A DNA stretch of 64,000 nucleotides, taken from the NCBI GenBank assembly GCA_963667565.1, contig OY763415.1, forward strand, positions 704,001 through 768,000, written 5' to 3'. The stretch comes from Acholeplasmataceae bacterium. GTDB lineage: Bacteria; Bacillota_I; Bacilli_A; Acholeplasmatales; Acholeplasmataceae. Below, piece by piece: positions 53,401-61,244 of the stretch. Below the pieces are notes generated by a model. The model was given only the letters and a program-made list of their open reading frames with translations. It was not told the DNA's origin and made no database searches. The position numbers and the translations under genes were made by a program. The first letter of the stretch is position 1. Each line of letters opens with the position of its first letter.

Positions 53401-54928
53401 GAACATCATAAATATAACTTTCATTTGATGCACCTGCAATACTAGATACAAAAATACGATCAACATTTTGTATAAGATTGATATCTGCTGTTATAATGGT
53501 CATTTGAATAAAATTAATTGATGATATTTGACCAAAAAGCGCTGAAAATAATGCGTAAGATGCATAATCACACACGAAACTTGCTTGACTGATGGTTAAA
53601 TTGATTATGCTGTAATGATCTTCACTTCCACCTAATCCTTGATGGTTATATAATGTATTCCCACTGATGACATTACTTGTAAAAATACCATCAAAACTTA
53701 CTTCTGCAGCAACAAATGCATCTCTTGAGACTTGTCTCATATCGATGTCTGCATTTAAAATATATGTTGATGATCTAAAAAATCCAGATAATGTCAACAG
53801 ATGATTCATATAAATAAGATCTGTTGCATCAGTAATATATAAACTTTGATTAATGACTTCTAATCCTTGTAAGATTGGATATGTTTTATCAATGGTTAAT
53901 TGTGCTGCCTGATAAGGGTCATTACTTAAATCAACATATGAATCTTGGAAATACCAAGTTGTTGTAAAAATTGATGGGTTTTGGAAATCTTGTGTATGAA
54001 GTGGCGTAGCATATAGACTGCTTGAATCAGTATCGAGTAATATATCTTGATCATAATAAAGATGATCCACATTCCCTGTATTTTGATACATCATTAAAGC
54101 TGAAGTCAAATTTTGAGTGACTGATTGCGATTTTATATATGGCGATGCTATATAACTATTTGATACAGTACCTTGATTGACAGATACCAATCCAGAAATG
54201 ATAAAATCACCCTCAGCATTAATGCCTGCAGATGCTTCTCTTGTATCAATATAGTAAACATTTTCAAGTAATCCTTCATTTAGACCAACAAATGTTGATA
54301 CATGGGTCATAAGACCTAAGTCTAATGCTTGGACAATGAGAGGATTTATAAGTCCAAAGTTTTTAATAACAGCCGTTGGTGATGTCATTGAAAACATTGA
54401 ATAATAGATAAGACCTGACATATATTGATTATATGCATTTTCTGTATTGACACTTCTAAAAATAAGATTGGTAATTTCATAACCTTGCCCATCAAATGTT
54501 CCCGTGAAAGGTTGTTGAAAACCGATAGGAATAAAAAGATTATTCATAGAAATTTTTAGAGCATCAAAATAATCAATATCATTACCTAAAACATAATCAA
54601 GTGATAAATAGTCTGATTGATATGAACCTTTCGCATCAACAGATAGTTGATATAAATCAAGTGCAGTTTCAATGACATAGATTTTATTTGTATCAATAGC
54701 ACCAGGATTATTACTAATGGTTTCATAAGGTTCATAGACACTAACATAGTTAACATTTTCTAAAGGAGAAACACCTATGTCTTGACCTACCCATGCACTT
54801 GACTCTTGATAATTAATCGCTGTTGCTTGACTAAAATCAAAAAAACTGCTTGCATAAAATACTGCAGTTGCTAGAAACAATAATAAGATTGACTTTTTAA
54901 ATATTGTTGCTATTTTTGATTTTTTCAT
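47462..54928 (-). CDS. Giant (2488 aa) secreted adhesin-like protein: GLUG-like/beta-helical region, Ig/cadherin-like segments, three C-terminal CBM5/12-like repeats
   Basis: N-terminal signal/TM; 'YVLGNDID..PIG...PFTGTFDGQGYEITNL'; recurrent 'N.G.I'; C-terminal 'YTDGDRFTYDGTTW', 'YEIGDIVYY..RYY', 'YTTGDIVLYNGTYY....W'. Confidence 0.75.
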   Translation of the reverse strand: MKKSKIATIFKKSILLLFLATAVFYASSFFDFSQATAINYQESSAWVGQDIGVSPLENVNYVSVYEPYETISNNPGAIDTNKIYVIETALDLYQLSVDAKGSYQSDYLSLDYVLGNDIDYFDALKISMNNLFIPIGFQQPFTGTFDGQGYEITNLIFRSVNTENAYNQYMSGLIYYSMFSMTSPTAVIKNFGLINPLIVQALDLGLMTHVSTFVGLNEGLLENVYYIDTREASAGINAEGDFIISGLVSVNQGTVSNSYIASPYIKSQSVTQNLTSALMMYQNTGNVDHLYYDQDILLDTDSSSLYATPLHTQDFQNPSIFTTTWYFQDSYVDLSNDPYQAAQLTIDKTYPILQGLEVINQSLYITDATDLIYMNHLLTLSGFFRSSTYILNADIDMRQVSRDAFVAAEVSFDGIFTSNVISGNTLYNHQGLGGSEDHYSIINLTISQASFVCDYASYALFSALFGQISSINFIQMTIITADINLIQNVDRIFVSSIAGASNESYIYDVHVDVDVILTADQESLGNLFVSGLISYGSSSIYQSTATGDIENIYVNDNERMTTNYVAGIISYATHLTLDHVISDIDIHGLSYQNTPTNTTYYGGVVGFANIESMDKVINTGNILTQVSGLVDQIYVGGIIAYQNDLAQSISYIYQNGDIDVKMFGPSNVYVAGYGYVTDQENDIDFLSISNHGEITLTPQATLSETILNQIDVYLSFGLITYQANGTIKGVFNLSYQNLDLSFIDYFAANVLALSQTNLTIEQSYQSGDLDFYTSQTLVNQNIYLSFNVYGTHLSLNHLRQENDISIYMNHNTSSTLSNAKFYINGLFLEASEGFYVTNGYQGGDISIEKDAGNHIAYDLYVSGMGYANRNQDIYTDLEIDPLSIDINSVDGTVDTMLNSGNILVNGNFDGHVKVAGIILYNESILTNAINLGNIEVYNDAQTANDQMEAAGIVYALISEYAQIRDAANNGDIKVASNSTLGYAHAAGIAVRNDKLENGNDISTGSNHQFSKIMFSINYGDVYAYNLTSESSYSITNETRSKAAGILGLGILSVVNNINYGNIYSRYLAAGIFGFMYYSKFDKINPDEVYVSNLINYGKIRQVTSYDPLTHAYTYSMSTTPPQTLPYAFGAVVGKIHTGTSTWAFAGNTQYPIDSIYFGYLLNFDAKINMFASAPPLSSNWQSIFNGSIDDANTVLVNMVQYMATTNPSDDSVEPFTYFYTGSGWVGSYIGQVIKYYDVSETDDGMFYELFPFRSPRPANAGTDQYIKDYIEYIPASKVNDSILNKLEADTTYDFPGIYALSSSLGINNGIFIPDNFDLSGLDPYDLDSAVADTSWIGDASTQSTVAYQLYSEMRQIKVSFATTIYNLDIVQTDVNGNVLASGLTLSNPVIDQERKMLTYYLPSNAAVLGSQSYQQLTVSRYIEVEDSYVTGARRVANLLTGDNALDGYTWVGTHKKVGDQMVEIGPYATTGRYNLTTYDSQPYDSSSRNTPVYDLTWATDAVDATNQVFTHEPHVKTTFLWWTFWDATGYRVNRTTANYGYGAYEAFSLSGYPTLYQYVGPSTEPVTYVLSANQSGVFVYPESGVYFKADTQDGSYTISDTASLQYNGTDDTSLITIPRSYGVYDSMYDSQGTYVDSVEDHYGSVRVYSQEYNQADTSTYQDYEIRIIRTANEDITDINSLLVNGVASLPQYYNVNNLTALNDLSYDTTGQNGIIRISYETYNVSNQFQLLPYIEVFDNNTGVKVYTSLYKLSQGEVITLNDFNNDTGQWGYGEATVVFEANEDFASGDYYIELTLLSGEIFRIHFSKQESANADVLQMTYQDEVIDISSNSYTSYIDYGMYYLSEQAATHVVNFTNLSSISHVYYDEVANELPSYLDGLVISNFAEISYVTFAVSLVDGYRHQYTIAYHLTAENGSTNVFNHYIIESALSQNPSAVYKNGGSLSLPVTNVNVLYQESPTIRVEYDFLNTYFATEDILTIDSSFTPLVAGEDALEGIDYFTNPISDIGYEIDLNQSTAKGSYFYQLSYDQVASVNGQTLTWHYTFNELQVTKLRNDNSHLKNVLFASDSVFDEVLDAFVTIIDIDEVTPTEYLAYFDEENPTSRIISVLPTSGIDYGTYESYQSYWIIGQVQETDLTAYMPTFYIPDGSSIYRVTDEANIDYTYQSTNLSADFTDFGTGESLNYIHYRIYAEDYNDYPTHYTDYYIAVQDATNNIKFDITVENDTQDLIEQVFVKVNIYQYASDFQGEMQYDDILVSMGLFSYYNQSSDSYDNNQFETSMYGFYVVYVDLPEGYSFEVEFEQSYIQDLVYLESSRIPRRYYVTIHIIEETPNSPSWGYQALFYYEAPAEPLDINHTYTDGDRFTYDGTTWIVISSSYTYDSNNPPGTGAWQGLQDASGIYSSVSTYEIGDIVYYIDRYYVALASYASYNNPISGLGDSWNEVSENWLSYNLYTTGDIVLYNGTYYISTASWNKGYQPDITTWAWQIYS

Positions 54929-54935
54929 TGAGCAC

Positions 54936-55622
54936 CTACACGGTAAAGAAACTGTTTTCTATACCCCATTTTTCATAAACTCTATTTGCCTGAACAATGT
55001 CAAATATCATATCAAAATATAAATAACATTCTTCATATAGTACTGCATTAGATCTTACTGGATATTGATTGCCACCATCAATGACATGAATCGTGACATC
55101 ATTAATACTTTGATTAACGATATCTGGATAATATACATAACCCTCTTGATCAAATAGTGGATTGCCAAAACTTGAATCAAACTTTAAATCTGAAAAAGGA
55201 TAGTATGGTAATTCTGTTTGATGATGATAAAGCGATTGAATGACTGGTGGAATTGGATTTTCTTCATTTTGATTGACATAATATGTTCCAAGTTCCCATT
55301 CCTGCTCAATTTTAAATCTGAATCTTGATGCAACAATGGGTTTTATTTTGAAATAAATATCTAAATTTTCAATAAAGTTTGTTGCTTGATCATCATAAGC
55401 ATTTACGATGACAACACCCTTATCCTGATCATAATATGGACTGTTATATGTCACAATTTGTCCATTAAAATAGACTAGCATTTCAACCTCAAAATCACCA
55501 GTAGATATGATGATGCCATGATCTTCAGAGACTTGAAAATATGCATAAGTTGTTACCATTAAAACAACAAACATCGAAATAAAGATAATGATAGATTTAA
55601 TCAAAAGTGATTTATGTTTCAT
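54936..55622 (-). CDS. SipW-signal-peptide protein (TasA/CalY-like, minor subunit candidate)
   Basis: K-rich N-terminus, hydrophobic core, 'TTYA|YF' cleavage motif, 'I.TGDFEV' after the mature start. Confidence 0.75.
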   Translation of the reverse strand: MKHKSLLIKSIIIFISMFVVLMVTTYAYFQVSEDHGIIISTGDFEVEMLVYFNGQIVTYNSPYYDQDKGVVIVNAYDDQATNFIENLDIYFKIKPIVASRFRFKIEQEWELGTYYVNQNEENPIPPVIQSLYHHQTELPYYPFSDLKFDSSFGNPLFDQEGYVYYPDIVNQSINDVTIHVIDGGNQYPVRSNAVLYEECYLYFDMIFDIVQANRVYEKWGIENSFFTV

Positions 55623-56272
55623 CAGTTAAAATCTCCTTTGTCATTAATCATTAATATATTTAATTGCATGTTAAATACGACATCTAAATAAGCACTAGGA
55701 TCATCAAGTCCATCATAATCACCCCAAGCAACTATTTGAAAAGTCAGTTGATCTGCTTGAGATAAAGTATAACTGCTTATTTGATCTAAAACAGCTTGAT
55801 TTTGTACTGATATTGCATTTAATTGATCTTCTTTTGTCGGCATACCAGAAATGACTTGGTTAATATATGTTTCATAATCTGATGTTATAGGTGTACTTCC
55901 TATATTTAATCCTTCAAGAATGATGATATAAATAAGTCCATTTTCTGAGGGTTCATCAAGTGTGATTTGAAGTTTAGTCATTGGTGATTGATCATCTAAT
56001 ACAATATCAAAACGATGAGATGATGCCATGATGTTTAACATATGATTTTGTTGATTGATAAAATCATTTTGATAATCAACAAATGCTAAATCATCAAATG
56101 TAATTTGAGATGTTGCTGTTTGCTCATCTTTATATAGAGAAATAGACAAAACACCTGCATCAAACTGAGCAAGTGATTTTTGTTCTACGTATGTGAACCA
56201 TGCGTAAGTGACTGATACAATTGAAGTGACTAATAATAAGATGGATAATATCGTAATGGCATATCTTCTCAT
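55622..56272 (-). CDS. SipW-signal-peptide protein (TasA/CalY-like)
   Basis: 'VTYA|WFT' then 'FDAGVLSI'; ATG at 56272 after a GGAGGG RBS. Confidence 0.8.
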   Translation of the reverse strand: MRRYAITILSILLLVTSIVSVTYAWFTYVEQKSLAQFDAGVLSISLYKDEQTATSQITFDDLAFVDYQNDFINQQNHMLNIMASSHRFDIVLDDQSPMTKLQITLDEPSENGLIYIIILEGLNIGSTPITSDYETYINQVISGMPTKEDQLNAISVQNQAVLDQISSYTLSQADQLTFQIVAWGDYDGLDDPSAYLDVVFNMQLNILMINDKGDFN

Positions 56273-56284
56273 ATTTCCCTCCAA

Positions 56285-56330
56285 TTAAAACAAAATAGCC
56301 GTTGATCTATATAATAGATGCAACTGGCTA
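56285..56330 (-). terminator. Riboswitch expression-platform terminator
   Basis: Minus strand UAGCCaGUUGcAUCUA-uuaua-UAGAUCAACGGCUA-UUUUGUUUU; its 5' arm is the 3' end of the aptamer. Confidence 0.85.
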
Positions 56331-56390
56331 TCCGATTAAGGACCCTATAGCTTTGCGTCCCTAGATTACTCTAGGTTTGCCAAATGAGTA
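56318..56390 (-). ncRNA. Cyclic di-GMP-I (GEMM-I) riboswitch aptamer
   Basis: Minus strand GGCAAA-CCUAGA-GUAA-UCUAGG-GACGCAAAGCUAUAGGGUCC...GGAUAGCCAGUUGC: GGCAAAC, GNRA-capped P2, GACGCAAAGC junction, GCCAGUUGC end. Confidence 0.92.
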
Positions 56391-56396
56391 AGTATG

Positions 56397-57044
56397 TTAT
56401 TGTTTTAATTTCTCTTCTTCGATGATTTGTTTTCTCATCTCTAATTTTAAATCTTCTAATTCTTTTTCATGTGCTTTTAATATATCTGTCTGTTTTTCTT
56501 TTTGATATGTTTTCATTAAATCAATAATTTCTGAAACCAATAGAATTGTTATAACGATAACGAGAGCAAAAAATATATAACTTCTATTAGATTGAACCAA
56601 TAGTGATATTGGTTTTAGAAATGTGATTTTTTCAACATATTGACCAACTAAATTATCTGATGTGATATATGCTTGAATTCCACTTTGGTCAGTTTGTGAT
56701 TCATTATCACCTTGAGTAATAAATCCTAAATCATTTTGATCTACAATTCTATGGACGATTAATATATCTAATCCATCTGCAGTTTTACCCTGATAAACGA
56801 TGACATCACCAATCGTTACATCTTGAATGTTAGCTTTATGCATGATATACATATCATTAACATTTAGTGAGTCTTCTTCTTCACCAATCATAGAATCAGT
56901 AGGTACTACACCTAATGCATATCCAAAGATAAACACAGGTTGATTATTCTTTATTGAGAGTGTTGCAGATATCATAATGCCAATCACTAAGATGACAGTG
57001 ATGAAACCTAAGATACTTGCAACCATTTTAATTATTTTTTTCAT
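56397..57044 (-). CDS. sipW: Signal peptidase I, SipW/Sec11 (S26B) type
   Basis: 'FGY..GVVPTDSM' (Ser), 'IGDVIVY', 'IVHRI' (His), 'FITQGDN'; N- and C-terminal TMs. Confidence 0.88.
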   Translation of the reverse strand: MKKIIKMVASILGFITVILVIGIMISATLSIKNNQPVFIFGYALGVVPTDSMIGEEEDSLNVNDMYIMHKANIQDVTIGDVIVYQGKTADGLDILIVHRIVDQNDLGFITQGDNESQTDQSGIQAYITSDNLVGQYVEKITFLKPISLLVQSNRSYIFFALVIVITILLVSEIIDLMKTYQKEKQTDILKAHEKELEDLKLEMRKQIIEEEKLKQ

Positions 57045-57052
57045 ATATGCTC

Positions 57053-57799
57053 CTAAGCAGATAATACCATGTTCACTGTTTGAATTTTTAGAGATTGACC
57101 CATAAAAATATTTGAATTTGTGTAAGGATCACCAAATGGATCAACACCATAAACAAATGGATCAAAATAGATGTCAAAGTATATCACTGTTGATGAAAAG
57201 TCATCAATATTGAGTGGAGCATCATTAATCAATTCATAATATGCATGAACTTCACCATCAAAAAAATCATTTTTATAATCAAGTGCATACGTATCTTTTA
57301 TGTCAGATGTCTCAACACCAGATATATTCATAAATGATACTTGAGTAACTTCATAACTAAACGCATTTTGTATCTTATTAACACTTGTTGCATAACCAAA
57401 AGAATTCACATTTGAAAATGAAAGTGACACATATCCTTGAGTAGTTCCTGTGTTATGAATCTTAATCGCAAAACTAAAACGTTCACCAGGTGCCACATAC
57501 CCATCAATTAAAGTCGTCTCAGTTGGATTTGGTATATATAAATATTTATCATACTCTAAAGCATCTGTCGTTGTATTATCAACCAGTGTTAGTGAAGTGC
57601 TTCCTTCATGCGTAGGATCATTATAAACATAAAACTCATATGCTGCTTCAATACCTGAAATTTGTGATATGAGATTTCCTTTATTGAGGTTTGTTACTGA
57701 AAACCATGCATAAGTTACTGTTGTAAGTAATAAAACAATAATGAGGACATAAATAGTTGTGAGCATGAATAACTTGTTTCTTCGATTTACTTTTTCCAT
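57053..57799 (-). CDS. SipW-signal-peptide protein (TasA/CalY-like)
   Basis: 'VTYA|WFS'; CalY-like 'VAPGE..SF.IKIHNTGT' and C-terminal 'N.FMGQSL'. Confidence 0.82.
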   Translation of the reverse strand: MEKVNRRNKLFMLTTIYVLIIVLLLTTVTYAWFSVTNLNKGNLISQISGIEAAYEFYVYNDPTHEGSTSLTLVDNTTTDALEYDKYLYIPNPTETTLIDGYVAPGERFSFAIKIHNTGTTQGYVSLSFSNVNSFGYATSVNKIQNAFSYEVTQVSFMNISGVETSDIKDTYALDYKNDFFDGEVHAYYELINDAPLNIDDFSSTVIYFDIYFDPFVYGVDPFGDPYTNSNIFMGQSLKIQTVNMVLSA

Positions 57800-57817
57800 G
57801 TCATCACCCCTTTAATT

Positions 57818-59668
57818 TTATCCTTTTTGACTTAATTTTTTTTCATGACTTTCCTTTAACTTTTGTTGTTGTTTTATAATGCGCTGATCAGATTGTTTTT
57901 TAATTTTTGCTTCTTGATTTTCAAGTCTTTGTTTTTCAAGTTTCAATTGTGTTTTAACTTTTTGATTAAGTCGTATTTGATCTCTTTTTTGTTTTGCTTT
58001 AATCTTTTTGATTTCTTGATCATAAAGCATTTTAGCCTTTTTCTTTTCAGCAGCAATAATCTTAATCTCTTCTGCTTTAACTTTTTTACGTGTCGCTGCT
58101 ATTTTCTCAGTGACTTTTTTATGTTCTTCACTCATGAGTTTCTTTTGAGCTGATACATAATCAAGATATGTTTTTAATGCTTCCTGATTTTCAGTCAAAT
58201 GTTGTCTTTCAATCTTAATTTTTTCTTCTACCTTAGCAAGTTCTGCCTCTTCTCTAATACGTTTTTTAGATTCTTTAGCAAAAGCTTTATCTAAATTTTC
58301 AATCTCTTTCATTAATCTTCGTTCAAGTCTAATTGATTGGTTATAATCAACTTCTTTAGTTTCTCTAATGATTCTTGCGATATGAAGTTTATCTTTTGTT
58401 TTAAGAATTTGATCTTCAGTCGTTTCTTTTATAAGTGATTTAAATAAATAATCATCATTTAGAACATGATCATTTAAATCAAAATAAGATTCATAGAGTG
58501 CATTTGTAATATTGATGGTATCTCTTAACGCTTTTTTTAATCCAACTTCATACGAAGAAGACTCATCTACATAAGCTTCGATTGAATCTTTAAATGTTTT
58601 CTTATTTTGTTCTAAGTAGTATTGATTAATCTTTGTATCTTCAAGTTCAATTTGCTGTGCATTATCAACTATTGTATCTAAATGCTTTTTAACAATTTTA
58701 GGACTTTTTTTATGATACTCACGTTCATCTAAATATTGATAATGATCTTCAAGTGCTTTTTGATTACCATAAATGGTAGTAAAAGTTTGAAGTGCGAGTT
58801 GATAAATATTTTTCATATAATAACTATCAAATGAAAGATTTTTTTCGTTGACTTCAGTATCAAAATCTAGTGTATTGTACTTATCTAAAAATAACCATAA
58901 TGTGTAGCAATTCTTATAATCAATGTTTTTTGTAATAATAGATGTTTGCATAATTGGAGGATAAACAGGTTTAGCATTTTTAAGTTCATCCATAAATTGT
59001 GTTTGTTTTAAGCTATTGATCTGTTTCAATAAATATTCTATGCGTTTTAGCAATGCATGATTTTCTTTATTAATACTTTCATCTTCTACATCTTCTTCAA
59101 TCACGACATTGAGATTAAGTTTAACTCTAGAATCTTGAATTTGGAATGCTGACTTTAAGTCAAAATGTTTTTTATCAAATGATTCAACATTTTTTTTAAC
59201 AATTTGGTATCTACGATCAATAAAGTCATATAATCGATCAACTAAAGTTTTAAAAAATCTATTCTCATAAATCGCATATTCAATTTCTGCATTTGTAACT
59301 AATATTCTTTTAGGGACAACATTTTGATTACGATATTCTTTAATTAAATGTGTGTTTGCTGCTAAATGTCTAACAGAATCACTATTCACACGCTTTGCTT
59401 TTTCAATCGCTGTAACTTCTTGTTCATAACGCAATCCTGATTTAGGTGAATTTGCTATTTTAAATAAACTCGGGAAAAATGATTCAATCGTCTGAATCCA
59501 TTCCTCATGAAATTTCTTAATTTCTGTAATGCTCTTTTGATAAATTTCATTATCTCCATCAAGAAGTGCAGAATAAAAATAGTTTGGAAAATCCTGATTT
59601 AACTCAATGTCATAATATGCATCATTGATGGCTTTATGAAATTTTCTTAAATCAGTTAATTTTTTCAT
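57818..59668 (-). CDS. McrC/DUF2357-like N-terminal domain plus long Lys/Glu-rich coiled coil; no visible nuclease domain
   Basis: 'VVPKRI......EYAIYENRFFKTLVDRL' and 'NIDYKNCYTLW' resemble the DUF2357 region; the last ~200 aa are charged heptad-like sequence. Confidence 0.72.
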   Translation of the reverse strand: MKKLTDLRKFHKAINDAYYDIELNQDFPNYFYSALLDGDNEIYQKSITEIKKFHEEWIQTIESFFPSLFKIANSPKSGLRYEQEVTAIEKAKRVNSDSVRHLAANTHLIKEYRNQNVVPKRILVTNAEIEYAIYENRFFKTLVDRLYDFIDRRYQIVKKNVESFDKKHFDLKSAFQIQDSRVKLNLNVVIEEDVEDESINKENHALLKRIEYLLKQINSLKQTQFMDELKNAKPVYPPIMQTSIITKNIDYKNCYTLWLFLDKYNTLDFDTEVNEKNLSFDSYYMKNIYQLALQTFTTIYGNQKALEDHYQYLDEREYHKKSPKIVKKHLDTIVDNAQQIELEDTKINQYYLEQNKKTFKDSIEAYVDESSSYEVGLKKALRDTINITNALYESYFDLNDHVLNDDYLFKSLIKETTEDQILKTKDKLHIARIIRETKEVDYNQSIRLERRLMKEIENLDKAFAKESKKRIREEAELAKVEEKIKIERQHLTENQEALKTYLDYVSAQKKLMSEEHKKVTEKIAATRKKVKAEEIKIIAAEKKKAKMLYDQEIKKIKAKQKRDQIRLNQKVKTQLKLEKQRLENQEAKIKKQSDQRIIKQQQKLKESHEKKLSQKG

Positions 59669-59677
59669 ACAAAACCT

Positions 59678-61222
59678 CTAAAATTGTTTTTTAATTGTTG
59701 TTAAATAGCTTTGGCATTCTACAAATCCATTTTTACCAAATAAGCGATCTAGTAAAACTGATAATTCATTAATTTCATTTTGTAAAAAAGGTAGATTTAA
59801 ACTTTCGAATTTTCTTAATATTTTTCTTGCTACCATATAATCCAACGCTTCAGTTTCACTACCACCACAAGCAACGTAAACAGGAACAAATGCTCTGATT
59901 TGTTTCATGATACGATTACCGAATGTGACTTTAAAATTTTCAGTTATGAACTTATCTAATTTTTCTAAGTTTTGAAGTGATTTTAATGTAAGAGGATGTT
60001 CTTTTAAAGCTAATCTAAATAATTCATTTAAATAATCATTTGAAATATTAACAGGTTCTGTTAAAGGTGCATCAATAAACTCTGATTTTGTATTAATTTC
60101 AATAGGTGTTGCACGGTCATAAACTTTATCTGTAATGGTAAATGTTGAATCATCTTTATTAGCTGTTCCAATAAACCATACATTTTGAGGTAATAAAATC
60201 TTACCTTTTTGAATATGAATTGGATCATTTTCTTGCGTATCAGGAACAACATCAATAAACCATTGTTCTGGATCTGGCATTTCAAGTAACGATAGAAACT
60301 CTGCAAAGTAGTATTCAACTCTCGCTAAGTTCATTTCATCTAAAACGATGAAATTAGGATCACTACGATATGTCGTCTCATAAATCGATTCTAAAAATTC
60401 AGTTTCATTGAATTTTTTAGTAAACTCATTTAAGTATCCCATCATTTCAGCGCGATCACGCCATGAAGGTTGAACGGCAATAATATGAGAATCATGTCCA
60501 AAAAACTTACCCATTGCATAAGGTAGAGAAGTTTTCCCTGTCCCTGAAATCCCTTCAAGAATCATTGTCTTTGAAGATGCCATACCTGCAAAAAATGCAG
60601 AGATAATTTTACGATTATAGAATAGACCAAGTTGAGATGCTGAAAAGTTAATAAAACGTGTAACGATTTCATTTAAATTAAGCATATCCTCTTCGCGCAT
60701 AAATATTTGAGTCACTTGATTTTCATACTCTCTATCTACACGTTTAAGCTTAACAAATCTAGAAGGTTCTTCAATTGCTTGCTTAGCTTTATCTTCTTCT
60801 CTATCTTCATCCTCATAGGATTCACCAGATGGGTTGATACCTAAGTTTGACACTTTAAGTGCCAATATTTTATTTCGTTCATCGACAAGTTCAACAGTCT
60901 TTTGATTAAGAAATGCGATTTCTTCTAATAATTCATCTTTTTCAATTTCTCTTCCAATAAATCGTACATATTTGCTAATCCATTGATAAAGTTTTAATAC
61001 TAAAAAAGTGATTAAAGCTAGGTTGACGATCAATATGACAAATCCAATGATCCAATCTATCACAGTAAATTCTTCAGATGCAATTGAAAATCGTTGGAAA
61101 TATTGAATAAAATCAGCAACAAAGAAATTTGCAATCGCTTCGAAAATTTGTTTGAAAAATTCTCCGATATTAGCAAAAAATTGTCTGATAAATTCAATAT
61201 AGAATCTTGCAAATTCTACCAT
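59678..61222 (-). CDS. McrB-family AAA+ NTPase with an N-terminal amphipathic helix, TM and coiled coil
   Basis: Walker A GISGTGKT, 'AVQPSW.D..EMMGY.N', Walker B 'VLDEMNLARVEYYFA', McrB-type NxxD 'GTANKDDST', 'DKVYDRA'. Confidence 0.88.
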   Translation of the reverse strand: MVEFARFYIEFIRQFFANIGEFFKQIFEAIANFFVADFIQYFQRFSIASEEFTVIDWIIGFVILIVNLALITFLVLKLYQWISKYVRFIGREIEKDELLEEIAFLNQKTVELVDERNKILALKVSNLGINPSGESYEDEDREEDKAKQAIEEPSRFVKLKRVDREYENQVTQIFMREEDMLNLNEIVTRFINFSASQLGLFYNRKIISAFFAGMASSKTMILEGISGTGKTSLPYAMGKFFGHDSHIIAVQPSWRDRAEMMGYLNEFTKKFNETEFLESIYETTYRSDPNFIVLDEMNLARVEYYFAEFLSLLEMPDPEQWFIDVVPDTQENDPIHIQKGKILLPQNVWFIGTANKDDSTFTITDKVYDRATPIEINTKSEFIDAPLTEPVNISNDYLNELFRLALKEHPLTLKSLQNLEKLDKFITENFKVTFGNRIMKQIRAFVPVYVACGGSETEALDYMVARKILRKFESLNLPFLQNEINELSVLLDRLFGKNGFVECQSYLTTIKKQF

Positions 61223-61244
61223 ATGAATCCCCTTCTAACTTTTT

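Noticed and set aside
56318..56390. c-di-AMP, c-di-GMP-II or cGAMP-selective riboswitch
   Set aside because: The sequence fits GEMM-I, and the specificity position equivalent to Vc2 G20 is G rather than the A typical of cGAMP-selective variants.
57818..61222. Ordinary McrBC type IV restriction system
   Set aside because: No DNA-binding N-terminal domain, a TM segment instead, no visible PD-(D/E)xK nuclease motif, and no defence-island or mobile context. Kept only as an alternative hypothesis.
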